A DNA stretch of 50,933 nt from Chiloscyllium plagiosum (Eukaryota), in assembly GCF_004010195.1 (NCBI RefSeq), contig NW_025215095.1, forward strand, positions 12,069 to 63,001, in the 5' to 3' direction. Numbering within the stretch: the stretch's first letter is position 1; each line of letters begins with the position of its first letter. Under the pieces are notes generated by a model. The model ran no database searches. It was not told the origin of the DNA and worked only from the letters and a program-made list of their open reading frames with translations. Below, piece after piece: positions 21,501 to 31,139 of this stretch. Position numbers and translations under genes: made by a program.

Positions 21501-23826
21501 GTGCCTCGAGAGGTTGGGACCAATGCTTTGTGTCACTGTCATGTCAAACCACCGGAATAATCCAATTGTCACGCTTGATCGAGAGGGATGTGACTTGGGC
21601 CTTCCTCATGCATCCTTGTGTGCTCACAGACCAGAAATGAAGTGGTGGGTGGGTGGGGGCGCGATGTAGCCCTGGGCAGGCACACAAACCTGGTGCCATT
21701 GGTGTCCTATTCCAACCCCATCTCCTGGTGATATTTAGCTCAGTCTATTTTCGTGTCCACCACTAGAGGGCCTACACAGGAGGTTCACCAGGATGTCTCA
21801 TTTTTTTAGGTTAGATTCCCGATGGTGTGGAAACAGGCCCTTCGGCCCAACAAATCCACACCAACACTCCGAAGGGTAACCCACCCAGACCCACTATCCT
21901 CTGACTAATGCACCTATCGCTAAGGGCAATTTAGCATGGCCAATTCACCTGACCCGCACATCTTTGGACTGTGGGAGGAAACCGGAGCACCCGGAGGAAA
22001 CCCACGCAGACACAGGGAGAATGTGCAAACTCCACACAAAAAGTCGCCTGAGGCGGGAATTGAACCCGGGTCCCTGGCGCTGTGAGGCAGCAGTGCTAAC
22101 CACTGTGCCACCGTGCTGCCCCAGATTGCCAGGGGATGGAGAAATTTTATTTTAACTGGGCTAGAAGGAGAGACCAGGCAGGCTTGGATTGTTTGCTTTA
22201 GACCGAAGGTAGGGGTGGGGGTGGTTGCGGGAACATGATTGAGGTGTGTGTGAGATGAGGAGGGGTATGGACAGGGAGAATAGAGAGCAGCTTGGTTGAG
22301 GGGTGAGTGAGGCGAGGTGGGTGAGNNNNNNNNNNNNNNNNNNNNNNNNNNNNNNNNNNNNNNNNNNNNNNNNNNNNNNNNNNNNNNNNNNNNNNNNNNN
22401 NNNNNNNNNNNNNNNNNNNNNNNNNNNNNNNNNNNNNNNNNNNNNNNNNNNNNNNNNNNNNNNNNNNNNNNNNNNNNNNNNNNNNNNNNNNNNNNNNNNN
22501 NNNNNNNNNNNNNNNNNNNNNNNNNNNNNNNNNNNNNNNNNNNNNNNNNNNNNNNNNNNNNNNNNNNNNNNNNNNNNNNNNNNNNNNNNNNNNNNNNNNN
22601 NNNNNNNNNNNNNNNNNNNNNNNNNNNNNNNNNNNNNNNNNNNNNNNNNNNNNNNGGAGGGAGGTGAGGTGGGTGAAAGGAGGAGGTGGGGGAGGGGAGT
22701 GGGGAGCGAGGTGGGTGAGGTGAGGTGGGTGAAAGGAGGAGGTGGGGGAGGGGAGTGGGGAGCGAGGTGGGTGAGGTGAGGTGGGTGAAAGGAGGAGGTG
22801 GGGGAGGGGAGTGGGGAGCGAGGTGGGTGAGGTGAGGTGGGTGAAAGGAGGAGGTGGGGGAGGGGAGTGGGGAGCGAGGTGGGTGAGGTGAGGTGGGTGA
22901 AAGGAGGAGGTGGGGGAGGGGAGTGGGGAGCGAGGTGGGTGAGGTGAGGTGGGTGAAAGGAGGAGGTGGGGGAGGGGAGTGGGGAGCGAGGTGGGTGAGG
23001 TGAGGTGGGTGAAAGGAGGAGGTGGGGGAGGGGAGTGGGGAGCGAGGTGGGTGAGGTGAGGTGGGTGAAAGGAGGAGGTGGGGGAGGGGAGTGGGGAGCG
23101 AGGTGGGTGAGGTGAGGTGGGTGAAAGGAGGAGGTGGGGGAGGGGAGTGGGGAGCGAGGTGGGTGAGGTGAGGTGGGTGAAAGGAGGAGGTGGGGGAGGG
23201 GAGTAGGAAGCGAGGTGGGTGAGGTGAGGTGGGTGAAAGGAGGAGGTGGGGGAGGGGAGTGGGGAGCGAGATGGCTGAGGTTCCAATGCTAACGGCGCTC
23301 TGCTTCAGTTCCAGCGCCTCTGGTCTTCGATCCCAAGACGGCCCACCCCCACCTCACCCTGTCGGCCGACTGCAGGAGACTGCGCGCCGCCAGCGGGAGA
23401 CAGCAGACCCGGCGCCCGCACACCTTCGGTCGCTGCCTCTGCGCCCTGGCCTCGGAGGGATTCGCTTCGGGGACGGCCTACTGGGAGGTGAAGGTGAGGG
23501 CCAACTGGGAGTGGGTGCTCGGCGTGGCCCCGCAAGCCGTCATCGGGCCGAAGGGCCCCCAGGCGGAGGTCCGTGTCTGGGCCCTGAGGAGGTCGGGTGA
23601 GGAATACTCGGCCCTCACCTCGCCCCACACCCCCCTGCACCTCAGCGTCAAGCCCCAGAGGATCGGTCTCTTCCTGGATTACCAGGCCGGACAGCTGTCC
23701 TTCTACAATGCCGATGACATGTCCCATCTCTACACTTTCACCGACACCTTCAGCGAGGAGCTCTACCCTTATTTCTACACTGGCTGCAAAATGGACCCGC
23801 TGAAACTGGTCAGCTCGCGTTTTTAA
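235..23826 (+). CDS. TRIM-family RING/coiled-coil/PRY-SPRY(B30.2) protein, B-box-less, TRIM69/XNF7/A33-like; join(235..555,1270..1365,7932..8162,14265..14287,16885..17000,23309..23826), 434 aa
   Basis: Six exons with GT-AG boundaries join in frame (321+96+231+23+116+518=1305 nt) with no internal stop. The 96/231/23-nt exon sizes are typical of vertebrate B30.2-TRIMs. Motifs: C3HC4 RING, GPLQYAVWRRM, DPKTAHPHL, YWEV, LDYQAGQLSFYN. Orthology is not resolved, so no symbol is given. Confidence 0.93.
331..357 (+). repeat. (CAGGGT)4.5 coding microsatellite encoding QGQGQGQGQ inside the RING
   Basis: Read directly from the sequence. Confidence 0.95.
560..1140 (+). repeat. GA/purine-rich low-complexity tract in intron 1
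   Basis: (GA)n runs and a strong A/G strand bias. Confidence 0.85.
1270..1365 (+). CDS. TRIM exon 2 (96 nt, coiled-coil)
   Basis: ttttgatccag|GAG...AAG|gtgag; EMLRNKLGSLQKQKEHLDQCRGVEAANRVELK. Confidence 0.92.
1610..1908. mobile_element. Penelope-derived short element arranged as a near-perfect inverted repeat (122-bp arms)
   Basis: 1610-1731 is the reverse complement of 1787-1908 with one mismatch; minus-strand CTGATGA-AGGGCTTTTGCCC-GAAACGTC hammerhead-like core in the spacer. Confidence 0.8.
1915..2110 (+). mobile_element. tRNA-derived SINE, second family (partial)
   Basis: A-box-like tggtagcgcagtgg and B-box gggttcaaatccc; similar copies near 14625, 21130 and 45205. Confidence 0.55.
2128..2413 (+). 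mobile_element. HE1/V-SINE-type SINE
   Basis: tRNA-like head, core tgtgcggagtttgcacattctccccgtgtctg, tail gggccgaagggcctgtttccacactgtagggaatctaat. Confidence 0.85.
2961..3288 (-). mobile_element. HE1/V-SINE-type SINE
   Basis: Full-length reverse-complement copy of the same family. Confidence 0.88.
4140..4720 (-). mobile_element. CR1-clade LINE 3' fragment
   Basis: Reverse-strand similarity to the other CR1 3' ends in the window. Confidence 0.65.
5490..5690 (+). mobile_element. CR1-clade LINE 3' fragment, interrupted by a solo LTR
   Basis: aaggtgagaggagaaagattt...ggagggatatgggccaaatgcaggcaga; resumes after 7206 with tagtttgatttggg. Confidence 0.75.
5691..7202 (+). mobile_element. Solo LTR (1512 bp) of an endogenous retrovirus or LTR retrotransposon
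   Basis: TG...CA termini with imperfect inverted ends (TGAGAAAGT / ACTTTAACA); 4-bp TSD CGAC/CGAG; cleanly splits a CR1 tail; TATA-like CATAAA 6898-6903; AATAAA 7045-7050. Confidence 0.7.
7932..8162 (+). CDS. TRIM exon 3 (231 nt, coiled-coil)
   Basis: tcttccccag|AAA...CAG|gtaatc; KYVKDLRENITSEFAELQQFLRREEATLLARLEEK...MELLQ. Confidence 0.93.
8200..8460. mobile_element. Older Penelope-derived inverted element with a nested CR1 tail
   Basis: gaaactcagcaggtctg..cagcatct arm and its reverse complement; degenerate CTGATGA...GAAACATT core at 8395-8423. Confidence 0.55.
8715..9177 (-). mobile_element. CR1-clade LINE 3' fragment
   Basis: Minus-strand peptide FTQRVVCVWHELPEEVV..TFKRH typical of the CR1 ORF2 C-terminus. 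Confidence 0.85.
9178..9445. mobile_element. Penelope-derived palindromic insertion with three hammerhead-like cores
   Basis: 15-bp direct repeat CTTCCTCTGAACTCT at 9163-9177 and 9446-9460; inverted arms; plus-strand core CTGAAGA-AGGGCTTATGCCC-GAAACGTC at 9357-9384. Confidence 0.8.
9640..10040 (+). mobile_element. CR1-clade LINE 3' fragment
   Basis: RLRGDLIET..., FFTQRVVRAWNALP motifs; (ttcta)n-like tail. Confidence 0.85.
10948..11137 (-). mobile_element. HE1-type SINE, 3' half
   Basis: (ttaga)n tail and family similarity. Confidence 0.8.
11690..11995 (+). mobile_element. HE1-type SINE
   Basis: ggtggcacagtggctcagtggttagc head and family core. Confidence 0.85.
13505..13718. repeat. Imperfect palindrome (~105-bp arms, tiny loop), MITE/foldback-like
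   Basis: agcaggttag...gacaccaga pairs with tctggtgtc...ctaatctgct. Confidence 0.85.
14045..14210 (+). repeat. Degenerate (TG)n microsatellite upstream of micro-exon 4
   Basis: Read directly from the sequence. Confidence 0.9.
14265..14287 (+). CDS. TRIM exon 4 (23-nt micro-exon)
   Basis: tgttttcattctag|GATATGAGGTCCAATGTCAAATG|gtatga; canonical 23-nt TRIM exon that bridges phase 0 to phase 2. Confidence 0.85.
14760..15080 (+). mobile_element. HE1-type SINE nested in an older SINE
   Basis: Family head, core and (atcta)n tail. Confidence 0.85.
15675..16140 (-). mobile_element. CR1 3' fragment carrying a Penelope-derived insertion (~15809-15928)
   Basis: FTQRVVLVWNELPEDVVEAGTIATFKRHLD; insertion flanked by cttcctaatcata / cttcctattcata. 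Confidence 0.85.
16255..16546 (-). mobile_element. HE1-type SINE
   Basis: Reverse-complement family copy. Confidence 0.85.
16885..17000 (+). CDS. TRIM exon 5 (116 nt, linker before PRY)
   Basis: ttttccctcag|G...ACAG|gtaac; SRIGYQGPKTLSVSLALGEFNGPLQYAVWRRMLKEIKT. Confidence 0.92.
17228..18315 (-). mobile_element. CR1-clade LINE ORF2 (reverse transcriptase) remnant with a Penelope-derived insertion (~17831-17967)
   Basis: GVPQGSVLGPLLFVIYINDLD..SKFADDTK RT motifs; insertion flanked by tgtataagt repeats. Confidence 0.92.
18370..18870 (+). mobile_element. Nested CR1 3' fragments
   Basis: Similarity to other CR1 tails (ggggctgaatggccta..cctgttcct). Confidence 0.6.
19066..19361 (-). mobile_element. 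HE1-type SINE (diverged)
   Basis: Reverse-complement family copy. Confidence 0.75.
20295..20494. mobile_element. Penelope-derived palindromic insertion
   Basis: 13-bp direct repeat AGTTAGAGTGCTG at 20282-20294 and 20495-20507; inverted arms; degenerate hammerhead core. Confidence 0.8.
20703..20893. mobile_element. Penelope-derived palindromic insertion
   Basis: Flanked by cagaaagtgtgaaga / cagaaagggtgaaga; inverted arms. Confidence 0.75.
20921..21123 (+). mobile_element. HE1-type SINE, 5'-truncated
   Basis: Family core and tail. Confidence 0.8.
21808..22121 (-). mobile_element. HE1-type SINE
   Basis: Full-length reverse-complement family copy. Confidence 0.88.
22326..22655. other. Assembly gap (330 N)
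   Basis: Run of N within the G-rich minisatellite region. Confidence 0.99.
22656..23270 (+). repeat. G-rich 56-bp minisatellite, about 11 near-identical copies visible
   Basis: Unit GGTGGGTGAGGTGAGGTGGGTGAAAGGAGGAGGTGGGGGAGGGGAGTGGGGAGCGA. Confidence 0.95.
23309..23826 (+). CDS. TRIM exon 6: PRY-SPRY (B30.2) domain and stop
   Basis: Branch-point-like CTAAC then tgcttcag| acceptor; VPAPLVFDPKTAHPHLTLS...YWEVKV...IGLFLDYQAGQLSFYNADDMSHLYTF...LYPYF...SSRF; TAA at 23824-23826. Confidence 0.95.
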
Positions 23827-23899
23827 GGAGCAGGGAGGGAGTGCCGTGGCCCAACTGCATTTTCCCACTTTACAGAGAAACAGAAGAGAGCTGTTCATC

Positions 23900-24420
23900 A
23901 CATCATAGAGATGTACAGCACGGAAACAGACCCTTCGGTCCAACCCGTCCATCTAATCTAGTCCCATTTGTCAGCACTTGGCCCATATCCCTCTAGATTC
24001 TGGATTAGTGTTGCTGGAAGAGCACAGCAGTTCAGGCAGCATCCGAGGAGCAGTAAAATCGACGTTTTGGGCAAAAGCCCTTCATCAGGAATATATATCC
24101 CCCCAAACCCGACCTATTCATATACCCATCCAGATGCCTTTTAAATGCTGTAATTGTACCAGCCTCCACCACATCCTCTGGCAGCTCATTCCATACACGT
24201 ACCATCCTCTGTGTGAAATGTTGCTGCTTAGGTCCCTTTTATATCTTTCCCCTCTCACCCTAAACCTATGCCCTCTAGATTTGAGCTTCCCGACCCCAGG
24301 GAAAAGATTTGACTGTTCACCCTATCTATGACCCTGACCATTATGTAAACTTCTGTAAGATCGCCCCTCAGCCGCCAGTACTCCAGGGTAAACAGCACCA
24401 GCCGCATCAGCCTCCTCCTG
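23900..24420 (-). mobile_element. CR1 3' fragment with a Penelope-derived insertion (~23995-24091) in the TRIM 3' region
   Basis: Same CR1 subfamily as at 15675 and 17228. Confidence 0.8.
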
Positions 24421-25127
24421 TAGCTTATTTACTAACCATAGTCTGTCTGCCACTCAATCAAATGGGCAGCAGATCCGTATCTCAACTCCTACTTCTTCCC
24501 TGGCACACAAAAAAAACGCGGTCAGTTTTGGCATTTTTCCCACTCCCCATCATTGTGCCAAGCAGTGCACACTGACAACGCTCCTGATTGGTGACGCTCC
24601 AGTCTTCAGGCCCTTCCTTCCTTGTTCAGGACCACCCCCCCACACCCACCCCCACCCAAATGGTATGGAGGGAAGGTCTTATGAGAAAAGGCTGGGGGGG
24701 CTTGAGACCATTTTCTGACTTTCCCGACCTGGAGAAAAAGTTTCTCCTCTTCCACTGTGTGAAGCCCCTTTGATGTTTGTAACATCAGGTTAATCGACTG
24801 GGAAGCCACTTACCGTGAAGTAATCCTCTAAAACCCAACAAGTGTCACAACTTGGGAAATGTTCCCTTGGGTCATGCTCATCTGAGTTTGGCATTCGGTT
24901 GTGTTAACAGTGTCACGTCAGAATCCAATCATTCTGGCTCCCTCTTGAATTTTCACCATCACCTTGTCCTTGAAATAACAGGTACAAATTAATTAATTTA
25001 TAAATTATAAAAAAAGTTATTTCACTCACCACTAGGAGACGTTGAAGCAAATTATATCGATCCATTTCAGGGAAAGCTAGGGTGGCTGAGGGAGAATAGA
25101 AGTTTTGTTAGGGGCTTCGTGTAGCAC

Positions 25128-25597
25128 ATGAGAGATCTCGGTGTCCAAGTGCATAGATCCCTGAAAGTTGCCACCCAGGCTGATAAGGTTGTTAAGAAGG
25201 CACGTGGTGTATTGGCTTTTATAGGTAGAGGGATTGAGTTTCGGAGCCATGAGGTCAAGTTGCAGCTGTACAAAACTCTGGTGTGGCCCCACTTGGAGTA
25301 TTGTGTACAGTTCTGGTCACCACATTATAGGAATGATGTGGAAGCTTTGGAAAGGGTGCAGAGGAGTTTTACCAGGATGTTGCCTGGTATGGAGGGAAGG
25401 TCTTATGAGAAAAGGCTGGGGGGCTTGAGACCATTTTACAGTAGTAGACTCACCAACTTTAAGGGCATTTGAATGGCCATTGGATAAACATATGGATGAA
25501 AATGGGATAGTTTAGGTTGGATGGGCTTCAGATTGGTTTCACAGGTCGGCACAACACCGAGTGCCGAAGGGCCTGTACTGCGCTGTAATGTTCTATG
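25128..25597 (+). mobile_element. CR1 ORF2 C-terminal fragment
   Basis: RDLGVQVHRSLK..LYKTLVWPHLEYCVQFWSPHY..LERVQRSFTRMLPG. Confidence 0.9.
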
Positions 25598-26961
25598 GTA
25601 GTGCCTTTACCTCTGGGCTGGAAGGTCTGAGTTCAAGTCCCATTTGTGCCAGAGGTGTGTAACAGCACATCTGAACTAATTGATTCAAAAAGCCTTGAAG
25701 GTTTTCCTGATAAGGCAAAACAAGAAGTGGTGGAAAGTAGTTCAGTGTGGGAGATTGGAGACTAGGAATGCCAGTGGAGATTTGGTCACGTGCTTCCAAT
25801 TATTATTATTAAGAGAACACTGTCACCATATTTACTCTAATCCTCTTCCAACTGCGATTGCTCTTCAAACCCAATCATGACTTCTCCAGCAGCACATCTT
25901 CTGAATTTTGTTGCATGAGTTGAATATGTCTCGTTGTTACATTTTTGATTTGCAGATTATTGTTTCTTCACTGATGTATAAATTATCTGGAACTGATAAT
26001 AACCTCTCGCTATTGGACCTGTTCATTGCACAATAATAGACCATTTTTGCCAGGGTTCAAGTTCCAAACTGCTCCAGGGATTTGCACTAACAGGTTGATT
26101 AGAAATGTTAGACATCTTTTAAATTACACTGAATCAGTTTCTGATTTATTGTTAGATGGAATATTAACATGCAGCGTTCAGATGAAATTATATAAATGAC
26201 TGAATTAGCACATACATGTACAAAATGATGAGAGTAATTATGACTTTGATACATTTCAGCGTGGGTATTGACGGTAAAAATTGTAATTATAACATTGTTT
26301 ACAATGAAGAACCTTACAGCTTTGCAAATGTATCTGTTTGAGATCAGTTTTACTTTGCACAGTTTTCGAAATATTAAACTGAATATAAAACTGGCATTCT
26401 ATCCGATCCCTTGGGATTTTGCTGCTAGTGCTCAACCTTATCAGACCCCTTTAAAATCTTAAACACCCTGAATCAGATCAGACCTCAATCTTCTAAATTC
26501 AAGGCAATTGCAATCCAGGTTTACGCAAACCTTCCCCCATTATGGAATCCTATATCATTCTGGTAAATCTCTGCTGCATACCCAACCCCGAACTCCAAGC
26601 CCAGTCTCTCCTTGTTGAGGTGCAGTTTTCAGAGGCGGGGGGGGGGGGGGGCGGTGGGGAATGGTGTGGGGTATCTGACTAAGGCCTGACAAAACCAAAA
26701 CATGGGTTCCTCCACTTTGTCCCAAATTCCCCTGGACAGCAAGGACAGCATTGTGTGAGCCAGTACTGGCCTTGCTTTTCAGTCAGCAGGTTATGGGTTG
26801 AAACCCGAGCCCGCTCACATGACGACAAAAGTCTAAGCTCCATAACAAACTGGTTTTTAACTTTGCAAAGCATTGTTTTTTCCTGATAAAAACATGGTGT
26901 GTTTCTGTTCTGAGATCAGATTTTTACATTGCTCACAACAAACTGTTTTTAATGTTGTAGC

Positions 26962-27014
26962 GCACGCACACACACAAACAGAGTCATACATACACACACA
27001 GACACACATGGAGC

Positions 27015-27046
<32 letters not shown>

Positions 27047-27186
27047 GAGTCATACACACACACACAGACACACATGGAGCCATACACACACACACACACA
27101 CAGTCATATATACACACACAGACACACAAACAGAGTCATACATACACACACAGACACACATGAAGCCATACACACACACACACACA
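26962..27186 (+). repeat. CA-rich compound minisatellite
   Basis: Repeats of (CA)n-aacagagtcata...gacacacatggagccata. Confidence 0.9.
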
Positions 27187-27355
27187 ACGAGGAAGGGAAA
27201 GTGGAAAAATAAGTTAACAAGGACGAATTATTAATAAGATAGTAGCATTCATTCACATGATTCAATGTCCAGTAAAGTCTGTGTAGAGTGTAGTTCAGCA
27301 CCACCCACCCCAGGACAATGAGGAATATATGCTGACCCAGCCAGCAATCTCTCAT

Positions 27356-27629
27356 AGCCCCAAAGAACAAATGAAATGCAAGTTGGACCGACACAAAATG
27401 CATTATAATTTGCTGTTGATTTATCTGTTCTGACCCTTAGCAATGTTTTCCTTTTACCTACACCATATATACTCGCCGTCACCTCATCCTTCAGCCCCAA
27501 AGAACAAATGAAATGCAAGTTGGACCGACACAAAATGCATTATAATTTGCTGTTGATTTATCTGTTCTGACCCTTAGCAATGTTTTCCTTTTACCTACAC
27601 CATATATACTCGCCGTCACCTCATCCTTC
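27356..27629 (+). repeat. Perfect 137-bp tandem duplication
   Basis: 27356-27492 is identical to 27493-27629. Confidence 0.93.
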
Positions 27630-29499
27630 CAATCCCCTTCCCTCTTTCTCCTCCCTCCCCATTCCCCATCCCCTCCTCCATCCCCTCTATGGAACAAAAA
27701 TGAAAACAGAAAATAATGGAAACAAGATGCTTATTTCCATTGAAAATAATATAAATTAATGAAACATCCCTAACACTAACCATTTTTTTTGAGCTGATGA
27801 GCATTTTTTGTTTTGTTAATCATTTGATTATAACATTTTAAAATGCAATTTTGACATTTATTCAATACATTACATAATTAATACAAACAACTGTGCAAGT
27901 TCTTGTGAGGCAAACGTCCCTGGTTTAATTTACTAATTGTGCTTTCAGTGAAAAAAGGCCAAATACTTTCTTACACTATGTCTGGGTAATTAATGTTAAA
28001 TGATGGATAGCTGGTGGGAAATGGCTCAGAGCCAAACATATGCTGCAAGGTCCAGTCTTTACTGTTTTGTCCACTAAGACAGGGAGGAATCTATTATTTT
28101 ATTTTTACCCCACTGCACTTCCTCTGAGCTGCAGTATTTGCAAAGTGCAAAATGCTAAGTCATCCCTAAGATTGACGACATCTGTATAACAATTGAATAT
28201 CTCCCTTCTCCAGCAAAACTAATGCAAAGTCAAGAAACAAAAATGCTGGCCTTTCTGGAAAGGGTCAACTCTCATTGCCCCATGAAGAAAATACAATTCG
28301 TCACACTCATAAAGAGCAACTCATTTTACTCAAGGAAGGGAGAGATGAGAAATGAATTATCTTTTTTATCAAAATTAAGTTAGCATCCTTTACCTCATAT
28401 AATTGAAGAAACCTTCTATTCATTTTAAAGCAGCTGGTGACATTCGACCTTGCTCCAGCAGTTTCAATTTAGCGTCATTATAAATTAACATGCAAATTAG
28501 GTGAAATATGTTACATTCTCTTCAAAAGTCAGTTAACATTTTATGAAACTAAAAGACTCTCAACTCTTGGTATTCATTCATTTCTTATGTGCGTTTGCAG
28601 AAAATTCCAATTAAAAATGTTGAAATGTTGAAAAGTACATTAAAAATATCATGGGCTTAGAATCTATCACAAATATATCAAGGATGATCAAGGTATTTTC
28701 AATTGGGAATAGCTGAATTGACTGAAGTCAAGACAGATGGAAGAAATACCCCAGTTCCTGTCATTCCTTTTGTACATGGTTTGTGTTACAAACAACAGAA
28801 ATGTTGGCTAAATCCTATTTCTTTCAAGGTGCATATACAAATGTGGCAAGAAGTATGTTTCCAGGCAGCTGGGTTAATATAGTAAGTTTTTCGTTTCTCT
28901 CAGCTTTTGTAAAACTCTCAGCTGGTAATTTCCTCAGAACTTGTCCCGTTTCAGTCTGCAACTTAGCAGCAAATGCAACAGCGACCCTATTTACTGTACT
29001 CTGCATTTCTGGTGAAATTACAGTGCACAAGTGGGAGCAACTATGAATAAACATCTGGTAAACTGCCAGATTCTGGGACACACCGATTGTACTATATGTT
29101 TATTTATTTTTCTCAAATGTCATAAATACAAGGAAAAGCAATATTTGGAAATGAAACATTCAAATTTGCATCCGGTGTCAACATCAAATATTCCAGGTAT
29201 AACATGGGCTATTCATGTGCCAAATATACTTCTTGTCTGTTGCAGTAATGTAATTTAATTTCTGAAGTGCTCCTTTTGTTGAACTAAATACAGCATTTTA
29301 ATTTCCCCTCACCAAGCATCATTGCAGTCTGACTGACATTGCCAAACTAGTGCCATGACTTTATGTTTTCACAAGGAACTGAGTTGTGACTGCATGTAGT
29401 GGTTTTATTTCTGTCTTTACAACTGACTGAGACTTGAAGCTTTCATTCCATCTGTCCAGACTGAATTCTGTTGCATGTTCCTGTGCTGATTGGAGAGTG

Positions 29500-30019
29500 T
29501 TCCAATGCCGGTCTTTGTTACCTTCTTAGCACCCAGACTTGCTGCCTTTCCTCCTACTCCTCTTCAGGCTTTAACTCAGGGGGCAGAATGGCAGGGCAAC
29601 ATTGTACAAAAGCCCATGGACCGTGATAGTGTCACAACGTTATAATCTTTGAAGCAGAGTACTGCCCAGAACAGACCAAGAAGTCTATGAAGTGGGGATA
29701 CCAGGAGCCCGAAGTGTAGTGGCAGGGCCCAGTGCAGAGCGTGACGGTAGCCTGCAGTCAGACCATGTAGAGTCTCCTTGTGCACGGAGAGGCCATGGAG
29801 AGAGACTGTAATGTCTGCCTTTTTAACTTTGCATCTTGTGCTTGTTCTGATCTATGATTATATTGTGTATCGCTGTAATGTAATTTTCTTCATTTATCTA
29901 TTCTGTAACTCGGAATGAACCGAGGTAACTTTTGTTCCTAAGATGGTGATGTCAGTGCCGACTCATAAACCTTTCACTGTACTCATGAGAATAAAGCTAA
30001 TTCAATTCAATTCAATTCA
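29500..30019 (+). mobile_element. Non-autonomous retroposon with a Rex1-like 3' tail
   Basis: Ends tttcactgtactc..aataaa..(ttcaa)n; 5' boundary uncertain; a possibly related element lies on the minus strand at ~12210-12800. Confidence 0.45.
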
Positions 30020-30496
30020 CCCACAATCTTAATCTGACCAGATTCTTACTTGAATACATACAGATCTCACATGTTGAAACATACTTTAAGCAGGAACAGG
30101 ACTCAAATTCATGTCATTTTTAGGACTGTGTTTCATTCAGGGTGATTCGAAGTTCTCAGATCATTATAGTATCTGATAAACATACTATGCAATCCCAATG
30201 AGTGGGTTGTTTAAACACCAATCTTATGACAGAAATGTGAACAGCAATGAATTGAACACTCGAGCAGTATTCCAAATAATCGGGTGACTTTAAAATAATA
30301 TGTTGAACGTGAGCATCAATGAGAGAGCCAGCATCTGTCTTCCATCTGTAATTGCCCTGGTGAAGGTGCTGATGAGTTAGTTTCTTGAATTACTGCAGTC
30401 TTAGACTGTCGAACATGGTGCTGTTGGGAAGGGAGTTCCTCAATGTTGACCCCACAACAGTAAAGAAACTCTGATATATTTCCTGTTCAGGATGGT

Positions 30497-30700
30497 GTCG
30501 AGAGTGTGTAGATGGAAAAGCACAGCAGGTCAGGCAGCATACAAGGAGCAGGAGAATCGACGTTTTGGGCATAAGCCCTTCATCAGGATTCTGCCCGAAA
30601 TGTTGATTTTCCTGCCCCTCGGAGCTGCCTGACCTGCTGTGCTTTTCCAGCGCTACACTCTTGACTCTGATCTCCAGCATCTGCAGTCCTCAATTTCTCT
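30497..30700. mobile_element. Penelope-derived palindromic insertion
   Basis: Inverted arms of the same family as at 9178 and 20295. Confidence 0.78.
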
Positions 30701-31139
30701 CTCCCCTTCCTTACCCCCTCACTCCCACCCTTCCCTTCCCCCGGAATCAGCCTACTTCCTGCTGCACATGAGTGAAACTCCTAAAAAAAATGGGGGATAA
30801 TTGTTGTTGAGATGGGTGACAGGAGAGGTGTCAGGAAGCCCTGAAGGCTGAGTCACCTTGCTCAGGTCTGGTTCCGGCCGAGTTGTGTAGCGCCTGCAGC
30901 GTCCTTCACTGGGAGCTAGTGAGACTCACCCAGCGATTGGGTAGAAACTGGCCCCGGGTTGGTATGAAGGGAGTGACACTTCGTGCCCAGGGCATGTCCT
31001 GAGGCTGTTGCTGTGAGGGTGTCTCACTGCCCTGTGTAACGTCCATCTTCCATCTCCTGAAGGGAGTAGCTCACTCCACACTTTTCCATAGCCATTGAGG
31101 TTTTACAGGAAAAAGACCTTTCTGCCCATTGTTCCTGCA

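Noticed and set aside
22198..23286. 362-aa Pro/His/Ser-rich minus-strand ORF
   Set aside because: Translation of the G-rich minisatellite plus the N gap
23305..23952. 215-aa minus-strand ORF
   Set aside because: Shadow ORF antisense to the GC-rich B30.2 exon, starting in a CR1 tail
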